NCBI GenBank assembly: GCA_001179505.1
Contig: CDMY01000462.1
Span: forward strand, 7,852 to 71,851
Length of the DNA: 64,000 nucleotides
Source of the DNA: Vitrella brassicaformis CCMP3155
Lineage: Eukaryota; Protista; Chromerida
Direction of reading: 5' to 3'
Shown here: positions 13,001 through 24,463 of the stretch, in pieces
How positions within the stretch are numbered: position 1 is the first letter of the stretch
Layout: each line of letters begins with the position of its first letter
Program-made: the position numbers and the translations under genes
Notes under the pieces: model-generated
Database searches by the model: none
The model's input: only the letters and a program-made list of their open reading frames with translations
What the model was told of the DNA's origin: nothing

Positions 13001-13900
13001 CGGCCGTCTTGCTCGTGGTGGGTCTGCTGCAGTGAGGCCACCTGGACGTGTGGGTATCTGTCGATGAGGTTGTTGAGGTGCGGCTTGTCGCTCCACCTGC
13101 GGCCTCCCTGCTTCGTCCGCCTTTGCTGCTGCTGCTGCTGTTGGGTCTCTCTGCGCTGCTGCATTATCTCCTGCCTGTGCCGCTCGGCGCGCGCAATGAA
13201 CTCGGGAAGCGGGTCACTGCCAGATGGCTGAAGACGCCACACACCGCAAGACATACAGAGATGGTGTTGGTGTTGGTGTGGCTTTAACCTCACCGGCGAG
13301 GATGATGGCCGTCGAGGGCCGTCAGTGTCGGCGACCCGGTTGTGTTGGTAGTCCATGATGCCCTTGACATGCTCCCGCACAAAGTCTCCCGCAGTCGGCA
13401 CGTACTGCTCGAAGTCTGCGCGCGCCTCCACGGTCCGCTGCAGCACCGAATGCAGCGGCTCCCCCTCCCCATCAGCATCGCTCTCGCCTTTCCTCACGGC
13501 CTCTAGAAGCGTCGCATCAATGCGCTCGTACGCATCAGCCACAAACTGCTGGTGGGCCTCGTTGGGTCCGTCGAGCTTCATAGGTCCGCTGAGAGGGTCG
13601 GCCATGCAGCCGCCGCGGGAGCCTCGTCGTGGCAGCCGCTTTGGCAGCTCTGACGGGGCGTGGGGGAACTTTTTGCTCATGAACGACTCGCGCTTGCGGC
13701 TGAGCTCACGGCTGGCCGGGAAGCTGTGATGGACGCGGGACAGCGTCACGAAAGGGCGAGATGACTGAGCAGGGACAGACAAACAGATGCATAATTCATT
13801 CATCCGTGTGTCAGCGTGTGATGTGCAGTGGGTTTCTTACGTGTTGTGTGCGAGGTCTGAAGCGCCTGACTGCCCTCCAGCTGGACAGACAATGTGCCAT
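10025..13900 (-). CDS. Aminomethyltransferase (GcvT)-like folate-binding protein with long N-terminal extension, probably mitochondrial
   Basis: Exon 1 MAHCLSSWRAVRRFRPRTQH splices in frame and is Arg/Ser-rich like a transit peptide. GcvT-like motifs: TSLGDVWATYGAEFV, GYILDD, LALQGPKA, RAGITGEDGVEI, LDMLRMEAG, IGEVTSAVWSPVLKRRIAMG|YIKPE, LPFV. Confidence 0.9.
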
Positions 13901-13916
13901 GAAGCAATACGGTGAT

Positions 13917-14155
13917 GATCAAAGATCCATCGATCTGATCAAAGATCGGGGAATGTGTGGCACCAGTAAGGCTTGCTGCAGGCTGCAGAGCCCCGAGAAA
14001 AGCCAGATCTCTCGCCGAGAGAGAGGATCGCTCTGCGCGCGAGCTGATCTCAGCGCGCGAAATCACCTGCGCAGTGTCCTCTGGCAAACACGAGCAAGAC
14101 ATCAATGGGCACATGAAGATCTGATCCTATGCTGATTCAGCATAAACAAACGATC
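13917..14155. promoter_or_regulatory. Putative bidirectional promoter with 11 GATC sites and palindrome ATGCTGATTCAGCAT
   Basis: Lies between divergent ATGs at 13900 (-) and 14169 (+). GATC sites counted by eye. The palindrome is at 14129-14143. Function is inferred only. Confidence 0.45.
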
Positions 14156-14168
14156 GATTCATGACTCT

Positions 14169-17100
14169 ATGACGTACTGTCCCAGGCCATGGGTCCTTCT
14201 TCTCGGCATCATCTTTTTCCTTCCGCGGCTTCGGCTAAGCCATGCAGGCCCAGCAGGACGGACAGTCTGGCCCGAGAGAAGACTGCAGGCACCAGCGAAT
14301 GCCTCAACAACAGCCGGCTATCAACCCTTGGGATGGAGCGTGGCGGCTTTGGATATGTCCTATCTGTTCGTGTCGTATAAGAAGACCGAGTACCACGACA
14401 ATGGGGACATCAACCGACAGGTGAGGGGAAGGCTGATGGCATGAATGGTACGTGCCCGGCACGGGAGTCTGGTGCGCGCGTGTGTCTGTGTTTGTGTGTC
14501 AGCTTGGTGCACCTTCATTTTCCTGGACAGCGATGGAGGAGCTGCCTTCATGTGCTGCATGCCAGGTGGATGCCGACGCGCTCTTCGAGGTGGGCCACGA
14601 AAGCGGACTGGCCGACTTCGAGGCCGAGTTCGATGCCAAGACACGACGAAACATCTGTGAGCTGTCCTTCGTCGTATGTGTGAGGGTCACGGAGGATGCC
14701 GTCGAAGGCTATATACTGATGTTGGTCGGCGACAGCGCCACTGTGCTTCTCTCGGGAGTACCTGTGTGGGTGATGTTATTGGGTGGGTCATCGGTACCAT
14801 TGCCTTCAACCTTATTCGACTTGACAGCTGTCCTCGGGCTGGTGATCTTATCTACGCCCTTTGAAGGGGTGATCGACGACCGACTCGGCAACTTGACATC
14901 TCTCAGGCTCCTCCAATTGGAGGACAATCAGGTAGGAATGATGGAAGGAGAGGGAGCCTATGGGCTGCTCATCAATGATGCATGTGGTTGTGTTGCATTC
15001 TGTTGGCATCCAATGCAGTACCTGACTGGGGCTCTTGGACATTCGATCGGCCGTCTGCAGAATTTAAGGGTCCTTTCAATCTCGGGAGGCAACGTTGCTG
15101 AGCCGTCCTCATCATACCGCTTCCACGGAGATATCCCAAGCACCCTTTTCGCGCTGCCACATCTTCAATCGCTTATCATTCAGTTCACGCAGCTAAGACT
15201 TCTATCGTCGGGCGATGATTGGTGTCCCGAAGGTGGTGCCCAGCTTCGTGTAGTCGATCTTTCATCCAACCCTTACCTGCTCAAAGCCTTTCCGACAGGC
15301 CCCCTCAGCTGCAGCCGTCTGAAGTTCCTGTTTCTGAGAGGACTACAGCTAGAAGGCCCTCTCCCAGAGTCCATCAATCGTCTGTCCTCGTTAGAGATAC
15401 TCGACGTGCCGAGGAATGCCATGACAGGACCTCTGCCGTTCACTTTGGGCGACCTGAAGGAGCTGAGGTTTTTGAATCTTGGAAAGAATATGTTTGATTT
15501 TCTTCTCCCCGTCTCATTTGGGCTGAAATGGAGGAATCTGCGCGTGTTCTATGCTGAGGAAAACCAAGTGAGCGAGAAAGAAAGGAGGAAGGAAAGAAAG
15601 CAGCAGAGCTGTGCCCATCTGTTTCACTCTGTCCACTTCGGCTGTGTGCAGCTCTCAGGTATGCTACCGTGGGCTCTCGGATTCGCTACAGAGCTTCGCC
15701 ATCTAAGTCTCCAGAGGCAGTTTCTGACGGGGCCGATTCCTGCGTCTTTCAGCAATCTCTCTGAGCTTCGAGCGGTGTGGCTCAATGACAATATGGTAGG
15801 TACAGGATCAGTGCGCATACAGAATGACCCTGCCCACATGTAACGTCGTGTGGCGATGGCAGTTAACCGGAGAGCTTCCGGACCTGTCAAAGTGGACAAA
15901 AGTGGAGAATATGGATATAGCGAACAATCAGCTCAGCGGCTCTTTGGATCCTCTCACAAAGCTGCAGGCTGTTCATACTCTTCGCATCTTCAACAATCAG
16001 GTGGCTACCGTTGATTTTCTGTCAGTCACTCGCTGCAAATCATTGTGCGTGTTCTTGATCTTTGTCCGTGTGCCTGTGCAGTTTGAAGGTCAGATTCCGC
16101 AAGAGCTTGTCAGTTTGCGCGAGCTGGTTACACTGAATGCGCGAGACAATAGGTCAGTGTGCAGACAATAGGTCAGTGTGCACCACTGCTGCGCATTCAC
16201 AATGCCTTTCGTCGTCTCCATCTCTTCTGATTGATCTGCCATCAATCCCGTCAGGTTGAGTGGTTTGCCGCATTCGCTCGATGGCTGGCCCAAACTGGTA
16301 TATGCCAATCTAGCTCGAAATCAGCTGCAAGGCTTCATACCGCTCATGGAGAACCTCACGTCGCTTGAGTCGTTATCGTTTGTGAGCAATCGCCTTGAAG
16401 GCTTCGAAGGCGACGGCCGACTGCCATCCAGGTCAGAAGATACATGAATCGATGCGCGAGAGTGTAATCAGTCAGTCTCTGGATTACTGCGTGGCGTCAG
16501 GCTGAAGCAGCTATGGTTGGGTGGCAACCAATTCTCACGACTGCCAGAGGGATGGCATACATTGCCAGCGAGGTTGGAATTCATACAGCTGAGTTATAAT
16601 GAGATCGGCGTGTGGCCTGACTGGGGCAGAACAGCGCTCGGTCACGATCTCTGCAATAAGCTGAGAATCGGTATGGCATATGAGTACGGGCGCCAATCAC
16701 TAATACCTGTCTTCTGGAGTTCGTTCAGGGAACGAAGAGACGGCGTTGACTTTGGTGCGTCATCAGCGACCGCCTAACTGGCCGGCACTTCAAATCCTGG
16801 ATGTATCCCATAATCCTCTCAACGTCAACGTCAATTTCTTTTTGTCCACTCTCAAATGGCATCCGCGGTGAGAAAGAGAGGCAAGGAGATGGCTCTTTTG
16901 CTTCATCTGTGTGCGTCTCATGCAGTTTAAGGGAGATTGAGTGTCAGGATTGCGGCGTTAAGGGGCCGATGGGCTGTGAAGCATATGTAACGTACGACTA
17001 TGACCAAGTTGTGGCTCTTTCCAACAAGACGCGAGGAGACATTTCGTTTGTAAGACTCCTGTAGTTAATCAGCTTTCGACGGCACCATTGTGACCATTCT

Positions 17101-20100
17101 CTGTCCCTTGTCCGTATCAGGACGATCAAGTTGAGACATTTTCTGGCTTCCTGGCTCTCGAGGCTCTCAATCTCGCGTCAAATCCTCTGAAGGCCCTCCA
17201 AACAAGCTATGACCCGCGAGTGAGCTTTCCGAAGTCAACGTCCGTGCTGCAGCGCTTGGATGTCCGCAACGCGAGCCTCACCGCAGTCGAACCGCTGGAA
17301 TGGTTCGCTGTTGACACAGGAGACTTCACCGATAACCCGCAACTTCAACTGTCGGTCCCTCCCGCCTCCAATATTACAGTGAGACACGTCAATCTCAAGG
17401 GTGGCTTCTGTACTTCTTTGTGCTGTGTGTTGCTTTTGGGTGTGTAGAGCTGTGCTGAGCTGTCAGAAGGCGCTGCAGATTCCATCGAGCGGTACCTACA
17501 ACCTGACCCAAACGGTGAGAGAGCCATAAGGCACAGGGGTCATTGCTTGCTTGGATGGTTCTCATTCTCCCTCTCTCGTGTTTGTGCTGCCGCTTTGCCA
17601 GCTTTCGCACCAAAAAGGGACGACATCTCGCAGCAAATGCTTCCACATGAGTGCACACGGCTCTGTCGAACATTCAACGTCCTCCAGGTACGAAAGCTGC
17701 TCGACAAAACGTGCCCCAGAATTGCATCCTGTGTCTCCTTTTGCTATCTGTAGGTCGACGAGGCGTTGAATGTGACATCGCTGTGCCGATGCATAGATGG
17801 TCATGAGGGCCGTGGGAAGTTGTGCACACCATGCCGCCGAAACACCTTCTCCAATCGTCGATCCGGCACCGAGCAATGCACCCCATGCCCGCACGGCTCC
17901 GGTAAGTGAACAGTTGGGCAGCGATTCTTGTATTGTCGTTCTCTTTTGTGCAGAGTCTTCTCCTGCTTCCGCAGCGTGTCATTGCAAGCTTGGCTACGAA
18001 GCTGACGATAAAGCCGATGATACAGAGGAGCTTTCCTGCCGGGCTTGTGAAGCAGGTATGCTGACACGGCTGACGCTCGAATGTGTTTGACATCCGTGTG
18101 ACATCTGTAGGCACGTATGGGAAGCTGTCTGGCGGCATAGCGACGTGTGTGAGCTGCGGTGGACCTCGCTTTACATCCCTCCCCAAGACCACCTCGCGTG
18201 ACCATTGCCTTTGCATCGAGAAGTACATCTTGTAAGTTCACAAGGCACACATGCCAACGAATCGCTCTCTGTCGTATGTTGTGTCTTGTCTGCGTATATG
18301 TGCTCTGTGCAGGAATCGTCATTCCTTTCAGTGTGAGGACTGTATGGCCTATGAGGGCTTAAACTGCTCGCTCCCCCTCCGTCCATCGAGTGTCACCGTC
18401 AAAAGGGGCTTCTTTCTTCTCACCGTCCAAATCATGGAAAGCATAATGCCTCGGGTATCCGTCGACCGGGAGCTTCCTCGGCGCAGATTGGCCTCCGCTG
18501 CAATTCGATCCACGTAAGTCGACAAATGACCGTCTTGTCCATACCTGTATGCATCTATGCCCTTCGCTCATGTGTGAGTTGCAGGTACGCTGCGAACATA
18601 ACCTCATTGCCCATAGCGGTGGAGTGCCCATACGGTCCTGCATGCAACCCGTACGGCACAGACCCCGTCAACCAATGCACGGTCAGTCAGGGAATATGAA
18701 AAGGATCACGTGTCCAGATTTTCCTGCTGCTGTCTTCTCTTGTTGTCAGGAGGGGCATGCAGGTATACGAAAGTCTTGCCGCATCGCTGAGACTCTTTCT
18801 CATCTGAGTTTGCCTCACTGTGTGGCTGCAGGTTTTGTGTGTGGCCTGTGTGAGTCGGGATTTGCTCGATCGACCCCATTGGCGCCATGCCGCCCCTGCG
18901 CCGCAGGATGGCAGAATGTGCTTAGCAATCTCGCATTGTTGGCCGTTTCTATCGGCGCCATCTTCCTACTAACACATCTGTCTAAACGGTGAGCTGAGAC
19001 AAAGCTACCTTCTTCGAAGCAATTTGCTGACTTTGTCTCATCTCAGTGCTGCGTCCGCTCTTCATGTCGGTCTCATCAGTGTCATCCTAAAGATAACCAT
19101 TGGCCACTTTACTGTGGTAAGCTGCTGTGGCCAACGAGTTGACGCTGAGATGTTTGCGATACGTGGCGCTTCGTGTCTCTCTTGCTGGTCATATTAGATG
19201 AGCGGCTTGATGGCGTTAGACTATGCTGTGCTTCGAGGCGATACAACATCGCAAACAGCGCTGCCTTCCGTGTATCGTGGTCTTTTTGGCTGGGACGGCG
19301 GCATCTCGATGGAATACACGTCGTGGACGTGCCTTTTTGCGTCGCTGGTGGGTGATGAGACAGCTGAGCTGTGGCGCCATGCGGTCTGGATCGGACTGCC
19401 CATCATCCTCCTCGTTGTGGTCACACTTTTTGGTACGACTGCACGGGCTGATGCCCAATATTCACTCATTGCATCTCTTCCTGCTGTTGCACTTCAGCCG
19501 AACTGTGGATGGTGGCAAGCGGCCGTCGCCATCGAGACATCCGGGCCTCTTCTGTTTCCGAATCCCTTTTTGACTTGACAAAAAGAGCGACAAGTCAGCA
19601 GCTTCCAGGAGGCAAGGGCGACCATAGCAGTGAGGACGACAGGGCCTTCTCTCATGCAACGCGCAGCCACACTGCTGACGAGTCGGAGACGGCCTCGCGT
19701 TCTCTCGACCGCACACAGACTCGCGCGTCCACCAACGCAACAAGAGAGACCACCAAAAGCCATCCGACGGATGCGCAATCCAGGGAGAAGCGGAGAGGGC
19801 TGCTTGGATTTGTGGATAGACATGCGACTCTGTGGATTGTCACTCTCAACCTGTGCTTCCCAAGTAGGTGGCTGCAACGGAGAGAGCGAAGCGATTTGAC
19901 CGTTTACGTTGCCTTGCGTCTGTGTGTGGGTTCATGCAGCGGCGACTCGTAACTTTCTGTCCCTGCTCCGCTGTCGAGACTATCCGTTTGTCCAAGAGAG
20001 CTTCACAGCTGATGAGATCGCCATGCAAGGGCTTCTGCAGCCGACAGACCTTCCCCACTTGCGTCGCCTCGATCTCAAACCAGACGTCTTCTGCGATGTG

Positions 20101-21878
20101 CGCTCGACTACATACCTGCCGTTCCTCATCATCGCCGTCATAGGCCTTTTTGCATGGGTCGTCCTGCCGATTGCCTCGGGCCTTGTGGTCCTGGTGCGCC
20201 ACTACAGAAAGGGAGAGCTCCATCTGCCGTCGGTGCGTGAGCGCTATGGGTTCCTCACCAAATCGTATCGGCAGAACTTCTTCTTTTGGGAAGCAACAGT
20301 TGCCTTTAGGTCAGGAATGGACATATGTTATTTGATGTGGTTCTCATACCGTGCTGTGCTTCCATCTGCGTTAGGCGTGTTTTCGTGTTGGTCGTTGCAT
20401 CGGTCGCGATCACCCAAGCTCGAGTCCAGCTAACGGCTTGGAGCCTCCTCGCTGTGACAGCTCTGGTTGTACAATTGCGGCTGCAGCCCTTTCGTCGCGA
20501 TCGGCGGAATCTTCTCAACCGCATTGAGGAGCGAGGGCTCGCTGTGTGGCTGCTGTCGGTGATCCTCATGCAGTTTGCCTTCGGAGGCGTGCTGTCGGAC
20601 ACAGGACACCTTGCAGTGCTTACCGTGGTCATACTGATGAGCTTGCTACACTATGTCAGCATCCTGGTCACCATCCTTTCCCTCTGGCTACAGCAGACGG
20701 CCCGCGACTATCAGGAGAAGGAGGACTTCAAGCTTCTGTGTAAGCCGATTCACCGTCGGCGGGCTTTTGTGTAGAAATTGAGCATGCTTTGCTCTGGATG
20801 TCAGATTTGTTGCCAAAGTCCCGGCTAAGGTGGCTGGGACCGTTCGTCGACTGGCTCTCGGCTGACACGACCAGCGTCTCGCTGCAGTACGAGAAGGGGC
20901 TGTCAATGGGTCCGCAAAAAACGGCGTCATGTGGCCAGCGTCTGTGGTCTTTGCTGCGGAGGAGGGGACGCCCCCGGACGGCGTTGGAACTGACGTCTGA
21001 GGCGATGAAGGAGGCGCTGGATGTGCTCAAGCCGACGACAGTGCCCCCAGACTTTCTCAACTTCCTCTATGCGCATGCCTGCGTCAGCTACGCTTTGAGT
21101 GAGTGAGTGAATGAGTGGGTGGGCCCATGACGGTCAGTTACATCTCTCTGCTTGCTCTCACGCATCCAGGGGACAGCGATAGCTGCCACATTGTGCTGAA
21201 CGACGACGCCACATCAGCGGCGACAGTGACGATTCCGATAGAGGACTTCCAGGTACGCACAGCTATACCTGTCTTCCCTGCATGTGCTCGTCTGTCATGT
21301 GGCCGTCCGTGTGTTCGTGCCTGCTGCAGCTCCATCTGAGCTCTGTGGTTGAAGAGCTGATAGGTCGCGAAGAGCGCCACGGCGAGGGGCCTCACAAGTC
21401 GGAGGGATGGGTGGAGCTGTATGTTCTCTACCGAGGCGTCAAGAAAGCCCTCAAGAGCAGTGCTGCATTAGAGGCAGCCGACTTATCCAACGACGAGGTG
21501 ACCACGGACGGCCATTGAGGACGCTCAGCCACTGTGCGTGGGTGCTCTGTCTTTGTGCAGGTGGCACTTCCCCATCTGATGGCCTCCGCTGCTGTCCGGC
21601 TGTCTAAAGAGATGACCGCCTCAAGCGACCGTGCCTCCGCGGACAGTTTGGCCACAGCAAGCGCTTCATCAGACGAGTGGATTGCGTACATCAATCGCGT
21701 GTACCAGTCAATGCCATCTATCGTCGGGGCCCAAGCTGAGCTGCTGCTGGGAGGGGAAGGGGGAAAGGCGGAGGCGAAAGAAGGAGAGGAATTGAGCCTG
21801 GAGGGCTCTGCAAGGCCCATCCCTCCTTCCGCCGACGTCACACTCATCTCTCAGTGCGTCACTTTTGTAAGAGAGTAG
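14169..21878 (+). CDS. Large receptor-like membrane protein: signal peptide, plant-type LRRs, Cys-rich repeats, multi-pass TM domain, cytosolic tail
   Basis: MTYCPRPWVLLLGIIFFLP signal peptide. Many LxxLxxLxLxxNxLxGxIP repeats (e.g. LEGPLPESINRLSSLEILDVPRN, FEGQIPQELVSLRELVTLNARDN). Cys-rich CxxC units at about 17750-18900. Hydrophobic helices with YGFLTKSYRQNFFFWE, QPF and NRIEE motifs at about 18920-20690. Confidence 0.88.
16144..16181 (+). repeat. 19-bp tandem duplication spanning a 5' splice site
   Basis: agacaataggtcagtgtgc at 16144-16162 and 16163-16181. Confidence 0.9.
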
Positions 21879-21944
21879 GTAGCTGCCTGTTTTTGATCCG
21901 TGCAGTCATTAATGGGTGCTTGCGCCCTTTTTTGTGCCACTGCT

Positions 21945-22447
21945 CCGCATGTTTTTGTCTACTGCCCCCCTGTTTTTTGTCCGGTGTCGCGTTGATACAG
22001 CGTGCACGGAAGTCTGCATAGCGTACGATGTAAGTACAATGTATGTGTACAGATGTCTGCCAGTCTGTCTATCTGTCTTGGCCGGTGGATGGATTGTGTG
22101 TTGATATGTGGATGTCAGTTTTGTGTTGTATTTGTGAATCAGTGAGTACGCCGTGGTACTTACTGTACGCATAGTCTGCTCTATGTAGCCGTTTTTTGTG
22201 TGGACTGTTCCCCGTCTTTTTGGCCACTGCTCCCCTGTTTTTCGTCTGTTGTCGCTTTGGCAGAACATGCACGGAGGCCTCTGCATAGAGTACACTCGTG
22301 TGCTCAAATGATGTCTGTCTGTCTGTCTGTCTGGGCCGGTTGATTGTGGATATGGACATGTGGATGTCACTTTTGTCTTATATTTGTGAATCAGTGAGTA
22401 GGCCGTGGTACTTACTGGACGCATAATAGGCTGCTATCTGTAGCCGG
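21945..22447. repeat. Degenerate tandem duplication, about 252-bp unit x2
   Basis: tttgtgaatcagtgagta.gccgtggtacttactg.acgcata starts at 22131 and 22383 (offset 252). The minus-strand translation repeats MRxVSTTAYSLIHKYxTKxTST 84 codons apart. Confidence 0.85.
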
Positions 22448-22584
22448 GATGCAGCGATGGCCTTCCAGTGCAGGTCGGCCCTTCGTATGAGTGACGTACC
22501 GTGCGCTGCCGCCGCTGCGTATTTGTCACGTGTTTGATGTGATAAGCGGGGTGCATGTACGGGTACTGATGCGCCTGGCTGGCC

Positions 22585-23662
22585 ATGGCAGCCGACTGGA
22601 CGGACAAATTCTGGTGGTCGTCTCAAGGGTCGTCTGCACTGATGGTCCATCAATCCGATCAGCAACCAGAACGAGTGACATCAACAAGGCTTTGCCTTGC
22701 TGCTCAGCCCCTCGGCTCAGCCCCAGCAGCCCCACAAATACCCCCGCGATCCTCCCTGCGAGCTAAGCTCTCAGGTGAAGATCTCCCCTTTCCTTCCTTT
22801 CCTTCCTCCGCCGTGCCGTCCCTCGTCAGTAGGCTGATAGACTCCCAGCTGGTGAGCAGCATCGGCGACTACTTGCATCTTTTCCGGAAGCGAATTGAGG
22901 ACCTCCGTGACAAGCGCCGCAGCATCCACCCTCCTCCGCCTTTCTATCACTCTCCCGACGACCCATGCGTCAAATACTTCAAGCTCCACGGCTTCCTGCC
23001 CCACAAAAGCGCAGTTAATCACGCTATATGCCCGCCTGACCTTGCCATTCGCGAGATCGTGGACCTTGAGGATCTCAAGAGGAAGATCTTGGTCACCATG
23101 AGGAGGGAATGGTGGCACTTTGCTTCGGCTATCGACTTCGGCTGGAATGAGTACATGCTTATGCTGGACTCGTTTGCTGAGTATGGGAGGAGGGTGAACT
23201 CTGCTGGAGACCCGATCATCGTGTGCTTCTTCAGACGTACGTCAGCTACGATGAAGGAAAGGAGGGAGGGAGGGAAGAGCACTCGAGCGACTGCCTGTGT
23301 GTGTGTGTTGTGCTGCCTGCAGCCCTCAAGTTCCCAATTGAGCCCAATTACTGGCCAAGAGAGAAGGGGCCACCAACCGACGACGCACACAGGTACCTAA
23401 GGTACCTACTCATGGGGTGCAGTGCACCGATTTCTCGCCGTTCTGCCTCTGCGTGGGTGTGCGTGTGTTCAGAGCTACCGAAGCCAGACTGCCGCGTGTG
23501 TGTGGGTGTGATGAGTCGCTCAAGGCTTCTGTGCGACCGAGGTGTGACGCTGTAGTCCGCGATATCCGTGTTTGTGTGAGGACCCCGCTCGACGACGGTG
23601 TAATGCGTCGTCGTGTCAAAATTGGCTCTACAAGGCTTGAAGAACTGCTCGGGTATGGGTGA
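22585..23662 (+). CDS. Hypothetical protein (boundaries uncertain)
   Basis: Protein-like, repeat-free coding stretch at about 22775-23238 (IGDYLHLFRKRIEDLRDK...EWWHFASAIDFGWNEY...GDPIIVCFF), followed by splice-like sites and further small exons. No family recognised. Confidence 0.45.
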
Positions 23663-24463
23663 CCGCTCGCAGAAGACGGAGGCACAGACACACAGCGCGA
23701 CGACGGAAACCAGTGCCCAGAGAGAGAGAGAGAGACTGGTGACGACACACAGCCACTTTCACTGAAGTGGTGTAGCGTCGACACACACGCCGCGGCTGTG
23801 TTGTCTGACCTTCATCAGATAGGTCTGTGCTAACGTTCATGATAGGCCTCCTTCGCCGTTTAGTGTGGGGAGGCAGGCAGGTAGTGAATATATTGCCTCT
23901 GTCTGTCCTCTTTTGCCTTGCTCGTCCTGCCGTCGAGGTGCGGCAGTGAGGAGGGGCGGGGCTACTTGCTGTGTGCGTATGTGTATGTGTTAAAGCTTTG
24001 ACTGGTGACAGGTGTGGTGTGTATACAATACAGACATCATGTGACACGATATCATACAGTGTGTCACCCAGTCTTGAATGCACTCAATCACGGCACCCAC
24101 CCGACGATGAGCCATCAGACACAGAAGAGTTCTAGGCAAGCAGAAGCGGGGTATGCTCAAGCAGCCGCCCCATCGATGGGCGGCTGCTTGACAATTCCAC
24201 GTCCCTGCCCGACTAGACCCCTTGTGTCGTCTGCATGGTCTCGTGCACATCAATCCATCCATCCATCCGTCCGTCCGTCCTTCCAGGCTTGAACCACGCA
24301 ACGCAGAGAGGTCACGAAGTCAGGTCTTTCCATCAGTCAGTTCTCGAGCTGCCTACCACGGTGGCTGTGCTGGTGCAGGTGAACCCACCGCTTCTGGCAG
24401 GTGCACCGTGCCAACATTGCACTGGGTGGACAAACCGAGAGAGAACCAATGGGTACATACCGA

